From the NCBI GenBank assembly GCA_035285125.1, contig JAYKHR010000144.1:1-17937 (forward strand): a stretch of DNA of 17,937 nucleotides. Reading direction: 5' to 3'. Numbering within the stretch: the first letter of the stretch is position 1; every line of letters begins with the position of its first letter. Below, piece after piece: positions 1 to 7,492 of the stretch. The notes beneath the pieces are model-generated. The model did no database searches and had not been told where the DNA came from. It saw nothing but the letters and a program-made list of their open reading frames with translations. The DNA is from Candidatus Sericytochromatia bacterium (GTDB taxonomy: Bacteria; Cyanobacteriota; Sericytochromatia; S15B-MN24; JAQBPE01). A program made the translations under genes and the position numbers.

Positions 1-187
1 CGTGTTCCACGTCGCGGGCGGCCCCATCCCCGGCAAGCGCGACGGCCTCGGACCCGAGGCCCGCTTCATCCGGCCGGCGAACCTCGAGCTCGACGACGCC
101 GGCAACCTCTACCTCGAGGACATCGACGGCATCGACAGCCAGCAGTACACCTACACCCTCCGCAAGCTCACGCCGCCAGCGCCCTGA
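1..187 (+). CDS. 3' end of an NHL-repeat/beta-propeller-type protein (partial, 5' end outside window)
   Basis: Frame 2 is open from the window edge to TGA at 185-187. VAGGPIPGKRDGLGPEARFIRPANLELDDAGNLY resembles the NHL-type unit AG...G..DG....A.F..P..+..D..GNLY. Confidence 0.7.
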   Translation, partial: VFHVAGGPIPGKRDGLGPEARFIRPANLELDDAGNLYLEDIDGIDSQQYTYTLRKLTPPAP

Positions 188-260
188 GGCGAAGCCCCGG
201 GGCGCTGGCGGCGAGCCCGCTGGCCTCAGCGGCCGAACACGCCCCGCAGGAAGGCCGTGA

Positions 261-3200
261 TCACCGCCGCGCGGGCGGCGCGAGGGCCTGGCGGTGGGCG
301 GCCTCGACGGCCTCGCTGGCCGGCAGCCCGAAGCGCAGCTGCCGGGCCCGCCGGTGGTCCCAGTAGACCTGGGCGGCCCGCGTGGCGTCGTGCGCCGCGT
401 GGAAGAAGGCCTGGGCCGCCAGCGCCACGTGCTCATCAGCGGGCGCCAGAGCCATCGCAGCCGTGACGTGGGCCTCCGCCGCCCGCCGCTCGCCACGGTC
501 CGCCTCCCAGCGCGAGAGCCAGAGCCGGGCCTCGACGGCCTGCAAGCGCAGCTGCTCGCGCGCGTCCTCGAAGTAGCGGGCGAAGAACGGGTCGGCGAGC
601 AGCTCGCCCGCGTGGTGGCCGAGGGCCTCCTCGTAGGCCCGGGCGGCCGCCACCGGGTCCAGCGACCGCTGGGCGCGCGCCGCCGCGATCGCGGCCTCGA
701 AGGCGCGCACGTCGACGAGGGCCAGCCCCTCGGGGGCGAGCACGTAGCGGTCATGGACCATCGTGACGAAGCGGGAGGCGCGCCCCTTGGCAAGCCCGGG
801 CTCGAGGGCCTGCCGGAGGTACGAGACGGCCACGCGCCACTTGCTCTCGGCCATGGCCTCGCCAAGGACGTCGGCAAGCTCCGGCACGTTGAGGCCGTGC
901 GGGTAGAGCACGAGGGCGGCGAGCAGCAGCTGGGTGCGGCGCCGCTCCCACGCGTCGACGCGCACGCCGTCGCGCAGCACCTCAAAGCTGCCGAGCAGCC
1001 GCACCGTGAGGCCGGCCGGGCCCCCGTGGGGGGCTGCCGCATCACCCCCGAGCAGGTCCCAGAGGGCTGCGTCCTCGCAGGCCAGGAAGCCCCAGCCCCG
1101 CTCGGCCAGCAGGTCGCGCACGGCCGCGAGGCGCGCGGCGGCGGCGTCACCCCGCCCCGCCAGCCGGTCGGCCGCCGCGGCGTAGAGCGCGGCCCGGGCG
1201 CCATGCAGGCCGGCCCCGAGGCGGGCGAAGGCGGCCTCGGCCTCGGCCGCCGTGGCCGCGGCGGCGGCGGCATCGCCGCTGGCGAGCTCCGCGCGGGCGC
1301 GCGGCAGCAGCAGGGCAGCCTCGTAGAGGCTGCCCCCGCCAAGGGGCACGAGGCCGGCGACGGCCTCCCTCGCGCGGGCCGGCTGCTGACGGGCGAGCGC
1401 CAGCCAGGCCGCCCGCTCCGCCACGAGCAGCTGCCCGGCCGGGTAGCCGGCCGCCGCAAAGAGGCGGCCGGCCTCAGCCAGCGCCTGCTCGGCCTCGTCG
1501 AGGGCGCCCTCGGCCTGCCGCCAGGCCGCCACCATCACGTGGGCGCAGGCGCGGTCCTGCCAGTCGAGCCGCCGCGGCCAGCCCCCGGGCAGGGCGCGGA
1601 AGGCCGCGCCCGCAGCCTCCATGTCGCCCCGCACGAGGGCGAGGTGGGCCTCGAGCACGGCGCCGTACACCCCGTAGGAGGTGAGCCGCCAGGCGTCCGC
1701 CACGGCGCGGGCCTGGGCGACGTGGCGGGCGGCCGCCGCCAGCTCGCCCGTGTGGAGGGCCTGGGTGTGGAGGTTGAGCCGGGCAATGGCATGGCTGGCC
1801 GCCACCTCCGGGGCGCCGGCGATCGGCACCTCCAGCACGGCCTCGTTGTGGCGACGCATGCCCGCGAGGTCACCGCCCTGCTCCGCCATGTAGGCCTGCG
1901 CGAGCCCCCAGTCCGCGCGGTCCTCGGGCGCGGCCGAGGCCAGCAGGCCTGCCGCGGCCTCGCACAGCCGCGCAGCGCGGGCCATGTCGTGCTCGACGAG
2001 CGCGACATGGAGGCAGCGCCCGAGCGCGCGGAAGTGCCCGGCGGGCTCGCCGCGCGCGGCATGCAGCCTTGCGGCCTCCTCGTAGGCCGCAAGGGCCCGG
2101 GGCAGCTCGCCCCCCCAGCTCGCCAGGTGGCCCTCCCAGAGCACCCACAGCGGCTCGGTGGTGGCCACCTCGCGCGGCAGCCGCGCGAGGACCTCCGCGA
2201 TCGCGCCGTGGCGCTCCTCGAAGCGCCAGCGGGGGAAGAGCCCTTCGGCGAGCCGGGCGGCCAGCGCCAGCTCCCCGCCCGCCAGCGCATGGTCCAGCGC
2301 GAGCTCCGGCGCCACGGCGGCCAGGTGGGCCGCCGCCCGGCGGTGCAGCCCGGCCACGGCGGCGGCGCCGAGCTCGCGCCGCGCCACCTCGCGCAGCGCC
2401 TCGGCCAGGTGGGCCCAGACCCGATAGCCAGCGGCCGTGACCTCCAGCAGCTGGTGCTCGACGAGCGCCTCGAGCAGGGCCTCGGCCTCAGGCTGGCCGA
2501 GCAGGACGCCCGCGGCCTCGGCGTCGCACGGGCCCAGCACGGCGAGGGCGGGCAGGGCCTCGGCGAGGGGCGATTCGAGCTGGTCGAGCACCTCCTGCAC
2601 GACCTCCCGCACGGCGGCGCGCCACCCGCGCCCGGCCGGCCCCGGGGCGCTGGTGACGCCCCAGGCAAGCCCGAGCGGCCAGCCTGCGCTCGCCGCGAGG
2701 CGCTCGTCGAGGTCCGGCGGCACGGCGCCCTCGCGCGCCGCGAGCAGCCGCGCGGCCTCGTCGCGGCGCAGCGCGAGCCCGGGCTGCTCGACCAGCGCGG
2801 CGACGCGCGCGGCCTCCAGCCGGCGCAGCGGGAGCGGCAGGGCCCGCCGGGAGGCCAGCCGCAGCGCCATTCCCCCCGGCAGCTGGGCGAGCCGCGGCGC
2901 CAACCCCCGCAGCACGGGGGCGCCGCCGGCGAGCAGGTGGTGCGCATCGTCGAGCACGAGGGTCCACGGCGGCGCGCCGTAAGCGCCAAGCGCCTCACAC
3001 AGCCCGGCCCAGGCGTCGCGGGCGGCGCCAGCCGGGTCGCCCGGGCCCAGGAAGGCCTGCTCGGAGAGCCCGGGGATGACGGCGTCGAGGGCCGCGAGCA
3101 GCCGGCGGAAGAACACGGCCGGGGCGGCGTCGTCGGGCGTGAGGGCCAGCCACACGCAGGGGGCCTCGGGCCCGACGAGGCCGTGCAGCGCGCAGGTCTT

Positions 3201-3305
3201 GCCGAAGCCGGGGCCTGCCACCAGCGCCACCGTGGCGGGCAGGGGGGCGGGCAGGCCGAGGTCGCGGGGCACGAGGCCGGCTGGGGCACGAGGCGGAGGC
3301 GTCAC
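261..3305 (-). CDS. MalT-like STAND ATPase/TPR transcriptional regulator with C-terminal OmpR-type winged helix and BTAD (SARP-type) domain, about 1014 aa
   Basis: Walker A AGPGFGKT, Walker B LVLDDAHHL and SAGWPLGL (MalT-type GWP motif), then a long Ala/Leu-rich TPR-like region. C-terminal LTVRLLGSFEVLRDG...VDVRAFEAA...GELLAD...DEH is typical of Trans_reg_C plus BTAD. Start placed at GTG 3305 behind AGAGGGG; the 3398 start would overlap the divergent gene. Confidence 0.85.
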   Translation of the reverse strand: MTPPPRAPAGLVPRDLGLPAPLPATVALVAGPGFGKTCALHGLVGPEAPCVWLALTPDDAAPAVFFRRLLAALDAVIPGLSEQAFLGPGDPAGAARDAWAGLCEALGAYGAPPWTLVLDDAHHLLAGGAPVLRGLAPRLAQLPGGMALRLASRRALPLPLRRLEAARVAALVEQPGLALRRDEAARLLAAREGAVPPDLDERLAASAGWPLGLAWGVTSAPGPAGRGWRAAVREVVQEVLDQLESPLAEALPALAVLGPCDAEAAGVLLGQPEAEALLEALVEHQLLEVTAAGYRVWAHLAEALREVARRELGAAAVAGLHRRAAAHLAAVAPELALDHALAGGELALAARLAEGLFPRWRFEERHGAIAEVLARLPREVATTEPLWVLWEGHLASWGGELPRALAAYEEAARLHAARGEPAGHFRALGRCLHVALVEHDMARAARLCEAAAGLLASAAPEDRADWGLAQAYMAEQGGDLAGMRRHNEAVLEVPIAGAPEVAASHAIARLNLHTQALHTGELAAAARHVAQARAVADAWRLTSYGVYGAVLEAHLALVRGDMEAAGAAFRALPGGWPRRLDWQDRACAHVMVAAWRQAEGALDEAEQALAEAGRLFAAAGYPAGQLLVAERAAWLALARQQPARAREAVAGLVPLGGGSLYEAALLLPRARAELASGDAAAAAATAAEAEAAFARLGAGLHGARAALYAAAADRLAGRGDAAAARLAAVRDLLAERGWGFLACEDAALWDLLGGDAAAPHGGPAGLTVRLLGSFEVLRDGVRVDAWERRRTQLLLAALVLYPHGLNVPELADVLGEAMAESKWRVAVSYLRQALEPGLAKGRASRFVTMVHDRYVLAPEGLALVDVRAFEAAIAAARAQRSLDPVAAARAYEEALGHHAGELLADPFFARYFEDAREQLRLQAVEARLWLSRWEADRGERRAAEAHVTAAMALAPADEHVALAAQAFFHAAHDATRAAQVYWDHRRARQLRFGLPASEAVEAAHRQALAPPARR

Positions 3306-3314
3306 GCCCCTCTT

Positions 3315-3350
3315 TATTCCCCGGCGAGCCCCTTGCCCGCCCGGGGAATA
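3315..3350. promoter_or_regulatory. Perfect 10-bp inverted repeat TATTCCCCGG-N16-CCGGGGAATA in the divergent intergenic region; candidate operator
   Basis: Arms at 3315-3324 and 3341-3350 are exact reverse complements and lie in the 76-bp gap between the two divergent starts. Confidence 0.5.
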
Positions 3351-3381
3351 CATGGGGCACCCCCATCGCTGGAGGATGCCC

Positions 3382-4944
3382 GTGGCCTTTCGCCCCACGC
3401 CCTTGCCCCTCGTGCTCGCCGTGGCCCTCCCGGCTTGCGTCGGCCCTGTGCCCGTGCCCCAGCCCGCAGCACGACCCGCAGCACGGACGGCGGCCCGATC
3501 CCCCCAGCCGCCTGCCGCCTCGGCGAGGGCCCTGCCCGGAGGGCCCTCGCCCGCGGCTCTCGCGACGTCGCCCGGGCCCGGCGCGAGCGAGGAGGTGGCG
3601 GTGCTGCGGCCCCCGGCGGGCGCCCACCGGGTGCTGACGGGCAGCGTGACGATCGACGGGCCCTACGCGCTGCGCGCGGGCGGCGCACGGCTGCTCTCAG
3701 AGGCCGGGGGCTCGGTGCTGCTGGTGGGCCCCGCGCTCCTCGCGGGGCTCGGGGGCAACGTGATTGCCAACCACGGCGGGGGCGTGGTCGCGGGGGGCGG
3801 GGGCAACGTCGTCGCCAACCAAGGCGGGGCCGTGATCGCCAACGGGGGCGGCACCGTGCTCGCCAACGGCGGCGGGGGCCTGCTGGCGGCGGGCGGGGTG
3901 GCGCTGGTGGCGCCCTATGGCCTGGCCCAGGCGGGGGCACTGGCCATCGGCGAGGTGCTGCCGGCGGCGGGCGTGCTGGTGACAGCGCGGGCGCTCGCCA
4001 CGGGGGCCCCCGTGGCGCTGGGCGTCGGCCCTGGCGAGCAGCCCGTGACGACCATCCGCACGGACGCCGCCGGCCGCTTCAGGGTGTTCTTGCTCGAGGC
4101 CACCGAGAACGTGGTGGTCGAGGCCCGCCTGACAAACGCGCAGGGCGTGGTCAACGGCGACCCCCGCCTGGCATACGACGTCTTCGCCGGCCGCGACACG
4201 GCTGAGGCGCCGCTCGACGAGGACGGCACCGTGGCGACGGAGGTGATCCGGCTCGCGACGCAGGGCACGCTCGCCGCCTTCGTGGTGACGGGCGACGTGA
4301 CGGAGACGATGCGGCAGATCTCCAGCTTCCCGCCGGGCGTGAGCGGGCAGCTGGCGACGGTGGTGCGGGAGCTGCGCGAGGCCTCCCGCGCGAGCGGGCT
4401 CGACGGCGCAGCGCCGGCCGAGCTGGAGGCCGTGACCACCCGCATGGCAGAGGCCCTGGTCGGGCGCGTGGACCTCGGGGCCCAGCGCATCAGCCAGCTG
4501 TACGTCAACGGCTGGGGGGGGCCGGAGGAGCTTGCGATGCCGGCGCTGCTGGACGTGCTGCGGCGCGGGCGGGAGGCGAGCACGGCCCGCCTGCGCGAGG
4601 ACCCGGCCTTCTTCGACCAGCAGCCCTACGTGACGGCCATCAACGCGACCCGGCCAACAGGCGCGGAGCGCTGGGAGATCCGCAAGCCCGGCGACGTCAA
4701 CCGCTTCGTGGTGCGGGAGTGCGTGGCCACGAAGAAACCCATCGGCGCGACCGTGGAGGTGTTCCAGAGCATCGGGTTGACGGAAGTGGACGCGCGGCGC
4801 GTGTACGCCACCATCAACACCTTCATCGGGGCCAGCGCCGTGGTGCTGTTCGCCAACGAGGCCGGCGCCCGGGACGAGCAGCTCGCGATCATCCGCGGCT
4901 GGCGGACGCTGGTGGGCCGGCCGGGCGCGGCGCGCCTGCTATGA
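3382..4944 (+). CDS. Predicted lipoprotein of unknown function with Gly/Asn-rich 8-aa repeats, about 520 aa
   Basis: GGAGG at 3371-3375 then GTG 3382 (ATG 3376 is an alternative). Hydrophobic leader ending LPAC (lipobox-like), Pro/Ala linker, repeat region, and TIRTDAAGRFRV (carboxypeptidase-regulatory-like beta-sandwich signature). Confidence 0.75.
   Translation: MAFRPTPLPLVLAVALPACVGPVPVPQPAARPAARTAARSPQPPAASARALPGGPSPAALATSPGPGASEEVAVLRPPAGAHRVLTGSVTIDGPYALRAGGARLLSEAGGSVLLVGPALLAGLGGNVIANHGGGVVAGGGGNVVANQGGAVIANGGGTVLANGGGGLLAAGGVALVAPYGLAQAGALAIGEVLPAAGVLVTARALATGAPVALGVGPGEQPVTTIRTDAAGRFRVFLLEATENVVVEARLTNAQGVVNGDPRLAYDVFAGRDTAEAPLDEDGTVATEVIRLATQGTLAAFVVTGDVTETMRQISSFPPGVSGQLATVVRELREASRASGLDGAAPAELEAVTTRMAEALVGRVDLGAQRISQLYVNGWGGPEELAMPALLDVLRRGREASTARLREDPAFFDQQPYVTAINATRPTGAERWEIRKPGDVNRFVVRECVATKKPIGATVEVFQSIGLTEVDARRVYATINTFIGASAVVLFANEAGARDEQLAIIRGWRTLVGRPGAARLL
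3757..3897 (+). repeat. Intragenic 24-bp/8-aa degenerate tandem repeat, about 6 units
   Basis: NVIANHGG-GVVAGGGG-NVVANQGG-AVIANGGG-TVLANGGG-GLLAAGG. Confidence 0.8.
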
Positions 4945-4951
4945 TGGGGGC

Positions 4952-5422
4952 ATGACCGACGTCCCTTACCCTGAGATGGCCATGGGGCTGCTCAAGGACC
5001 GCGGCTACCGGCAGACGCGCCCGCGCCGGCTGGTGCTCGAGGCCCTGGACGCCGCCGTTGCGCCGCTCTCGCCGGCCGAGCTGGCCGAGCGCATCCGCGA
5101 GCGCGGGGAGCGCGGCGACGTGGTCAGCGTTTACCGCATCCTGCAGACGCTCGAGGAGAACGACCTCGTGCACCGCGTGCTGACGACGGGCAAGTTCCGC
5201 CGCTGCCAGCTCGCGCCCGAGCACGACTGCCACCGGCACCAGCTGCAGCACTGCCACCACAACCTGGTGTGCCGGGCGTGCGGGGCGATCGAGGAGGTCC
5301 ACTGCCCCGGCATGGAGCTCATCGAGCAGGCCCTCGCGGCGCAGTCGCGCTTCGCGATCGAGACCCACCGGCTGGAATTCAGCGGGCTGTGCGTGGCCTG
5401 CCAGGGGCCGGGCAAGGCTTAG
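4952..5422 (+). CDS. Fur-family transcriptional repressor (Fur/Zur/PerR-like), 156 aa
   Basis: GYRQTRPRRLVLEAL, SVYRILQTLEENDLV helix, HHNLVCRACG (CxxC), HRLEFSGLCVAC (CxxC). Subfamily cannot be assigned by eye. Confidence 0.93.
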   Translation: MTDVPYPEMAMGLLKDRGYRQTRPRRLVLEALDAAVAPLSPAELAERIRERGERGDVVSVYRILQTLEENDLVHRVLTTGKFRRCQLAPEHDCHRHQLQHCHHNLVCRACGAIEEVHCPGMELIEQALAAQSRFAIETHRLEFSGLCVACQGPGKA

Positions 5423-5436
5423 GCCAAGCTTAACCT
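5418..5436 (+). promoter_or_regulatory. Two 8-bp direct repeats at 11-bp period (CTTAGGCC / CTTAACCT); candidate winged-helix regulator box
   Basis: Units start at 5418 and 5429, ending about 83 bp upstream of ATG 5519. The first unit overlaps the fur stop codon. Confidence 0.4.
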
Positions 5437-5518
5437 GACCTGCGGGCTCCTGAAACGCCTCCGAAACCGCGGCGCGCGAGGAGAGGGGTGTCCCCCATCG
5501 CTCAAGAGGCCCCTCCCG

Positions 5519-6316
5519 ATGCTGATCACCACCCGTCCCGCGACCCTCGGCGCTCCACGCCCGGCCCAGGCCTCGCAGCCCGTGCCCGCTGCCCCGGGTC
5601 GGCAGGTGGGCAGCCGGGATGCGCTGGCGATCGACCCGGACGCGATCGCGGCACGGCAGGCGGCGGACCGCCTCAAGCGGCTCATCGGCACCCCGGCCAA
5701 CAACACGCTGCCCTTCCTGCTGGAGGGCGCGAGCCTGATGCCCACGGCCGCGACACAGCGGGCCTGGCTCGAGGCGGCCCTGCACGACCACGACCTGACG
5801 GCCTCGCACGTGGACCTGCCGACGGCCCGGATGATGACGGCGCGGCTGACGCTCGGCGGCATCGATCGGCTGCTGGCGGCGCCGGAGGCGGCCAGGCCGC
5901 TTGGTCGGCTGCAGGCGCAGCAGGCCTCGCACGACCTCGCCGAGGCGGCCCTCGCGAGCATCACAGAGCCCGGGGCGCGCAGCCTCGCGGCCTTCACGCG
6001 GACGGCCCAGCGGCTCGTCGATGCGCCAGCCGCCAGCCTCGCCGTGATCAAGGAGGGCCTGATGCTGCTGGAGCACCTGCCGGAGGACAGCCCGGTGGAC
6101 GTGTCCGCCAGCATCGCGACGCTGGCCCTCGGCCACATGGATCGGCCCGGGCGCGCGCCGGCGCAGGCTGAGGCCGTCGGCCTCGCAGCCCTCCGCGAGA
6201 TCACCGAGCTGCGCGGCACGCCGCTGCTGCAGACGCGGCTGATGGCCGTCGAGCGCGAGCGGTCCGCGGGCCGCCGCCTCGCCCTGATCCGGGAGGCGCT
6301 CGGCGCGGAGGCGTAG
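5519..6316 (+). CDS. Hypothetical alpha-helical protein, 265 aa, paralogue of 7493..8065
   Basis: AAGAGG RBS before ATG, normal amino-acid composition, hairpin after the stop, and it aligns by eye with the 7493 protein. Confidence 0.8.
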   Translation: MLITTRPATLGAPRPAQASQPVPAAPGRQVGSRDALAIDPDAIAARQAADRLKRLIGTPANNTLPFLLEGASLMPTAATQRAWLEAALHDHDLTASHVDLPTARMMTARLTLGGIDRLLAAPEAARPLGRLQAQQASHDLAEAALASITEPGARSLAAFTRTAQRLVDAPAASLAVIKEGLMLLEHLPEDSPVDVSASIATLALGHMDRPGRAPAQAEAVGLAALREITELRGTPLLQTRLMAVERERSAGRRLALIREALGAEA

Positions 6317-6328
6317 GCCAGCGCCAGC

Positions 6329-6360
6329 ACCAGGGGCTCCCGGACGCGGGGGCCCCTGGT
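6329..6360 (+). terminator. GC-rich hairpin after the 5519 gene, probable terminator
   Basis: ACCAGGGGCTCCC...GGGGGCCCCTGGT stem followed by CCATTTT (weak U tract). Confidence 0.5.
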
Positions 6361-6428
6361 CCATTTTCACCCCCTGAACTGGCGTCATTTCCCGCATGCC
6401 GGCTCCAGTCCGGGCCGATGCATGCCCC

Positions 6429-7361
6429 ATGCCCCCCTCGCTCCACCACGAAGCCCTGCTCGCCCTGCTGCGAGACGCGCCGGACCTCATCACGGCGCAC
6501 GTCCGCACCCTCGACGCTAGCGTGACGGCTCACGGCCCCGCGCGCGTGGTAGACGCCACGCTCACGGCCCCTCTGCCCGCCGAGCGGCGGGCTGATCTCG
6601 TGCTGCTGTCAGGCCCTGACCACGCGCCCGACCTCGCCGTCGTGGTCGAGGTGCAGCTGCGCGTGGACCTCCGCAAGCGCAAGAGCTGGCCCACCTACGT
6701 CACGGCGCTCCACACCCGCCACGACTGCCCCGTGGCGCTCGTCGTCGTGACGCCCGACCCTGTGGTGGCGACTTGGGCCAGCCGCCCCATCCCGCTCGGG
6801 CCCGGCGGAAGCCGGGTCGTGCCACTCGTGCTGGGCCCGGAGGGGGTGGCGGAGCCACCCGAGGGTTCGCCCCACGTGGCGATCCTGCGGGCCCTCGTCG
6901 CCTGCCGGGGGCCGGGTGATCGGCCGGTGCTGTCAGAGGCCCTCGCCGCCCTGGAGGCGTTGCCCGAGGACCTGCGCGTCGGCTACCATGAGATGCTGCT
7001 GCTCGCGTTGGCTGCCCCCCTGTCCCTGACCCCCGAGGTGAAAATGGCCCTGAACGACATCTCCGGCTGGATCGAGCTCGCCAAGAAGCGCATCGAGAAG
7101 GAGGGGCTGGAGCGCGGCCTGCAGCGCGGTATGGAGCAGGGGCTCCAGCAGGGGCTCGAGCAGGGGCTCGAGCAGGGCCGCAAGGAAGAGGTGCTGCGCG
7201 TCGTGGCGCTGCAGCTCGGCCGCCGCACGGGCCTGCCGGGCGCCGACGCGCTCGCGCGGCTCGAAGCCCTGGGCGTCGAGGACCTGGAGGCCCTCTGCGT
7301 GGACCTGCTGGACTTCGGGGGCCCCGAGGACCTGGCGGCCTGGCTCGCGGCGCGGGGCTGA
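6429..7361 (+). CDS. Rpn/YhgA-like PD-(D/E)XK nuclease-family protein with C-terminal DUF4351-like domain, about 310 aa
   Basis: RRADLVLL...VVEVQL (D...ExQ catalytic pattern), KRKSWPTY, GLEQ heptad-like repeats, and C-terminal LEALGVEDLEALCVDLLDF...LAAWL typical of DUF4351. Start MPPSLHHEALL at ATG 6429. Confidence 0.85.
   Translation: MPPSLHHEALLALLRDAPDLITAHVRTLDASVTAHGPARVVDATLTAPLPAERRADLVLLSGPDHAPDLAVVVEVQLRVDLRKRKSWPTYVTALHTRHDCPVALVVVTPDPVVATWASRPIPLGPGGSRVVPLVLGPEGVAEPPEGSPHVAILRALVACRGPGDRPVLSEALAALEALPEDLRVGYHEMLLLALAAPLSLTPEVKMALNDISGWIELAKKRIEKEGLERGLQRGMEQGLQQGLEQGLEQGRKEEVLRVVALQLGRRTGLPGADALARLEALGVEDLEALCVDLLDFGGPEDLAAWLAARG
7044..7361 (+). CDS. Candidate internally translated small C-terminal protein (RpnS-like antitoxin), 105 aa, in frame within the Rpn gene
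   Basis: GAGGTGAAAATG at 7035-7046 gives an SD-like GAGGTG and an A-rich spacer before an in-frame ATG, just upstream of the EKEGLERG repeats. Confidence 0.6.
   Translation: MALNDISGWIELAKKRIEKEGLERGLQRGMEQGLQQGLEQGLEQGRKEEVLRVVALQLGRRTGLPGADALARLEALGVEDLEALCVDLLDFGGPEDLAAWLAARG
7101..7178 (+). repeat. 12-bp tandem repeat (GAGCAGGGGCTC-like) encoding EGLERGLQRGMEQGLQQGLEQGLEQG
   Basis: About 6 degenerate 4-aa units read directly from the sequence; typical of Rpn-family C-terminal linkers. Confidence 0.85.
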
Positions 7362-7376
7362 GCGCCCTGGGCGTGC

Positions 7377-7406
7377 CTTAACCGGTTTTTTGCCAGAGCT
7401 TAGCCT
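7377..7406 (+). promoter_or_regulatory. Three 8-bp direct repeats at 11-bp period (CTTAACCG / TTTTGCCA / CTTAGCCT); candidate winged-helix regulator box
   Basis: Units start at 7377, 7388 and 7399, ending about 87 bp upstream of ATG 7493, similar to the box position before its paralogue. Confidence 0.5.
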
Positions 7407-7492
7407 CAGGCGGCGGCGGTGCTGCCGCCCTGTTAGCACCTCCCGGGACAAGTCGGGCAGCCGCCCCCCCTGGTTCCCGAGAGGACGCCCTG

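Noticed and set aside
294..4205. 1303-aa plus-strand ORF and other long overlapping ORFs (1535..3289, 4889..6508, 9014..10273, 11135..13579, 12219..14882, 14173..15531, 15844..17214, 16325..17842)
   Set aside because: Antisense or off-frame shadows of real genes in stop-poor, high-GC DNA; Arg/Gly/Pro-rich with no motifs.
7101..7178. Tandem repeats here and at 3757-3897 as a CRISPR array
   Set aside because: In-frame coding repeats with no unique spacers and no cas genes.
6396..7361. Rpn gene as an IS/transposase mobile element
   Set aside because: No terminal inverted repeats or target-site duplication seen; the family's 'putative transposase' label is not evidence of transposition.
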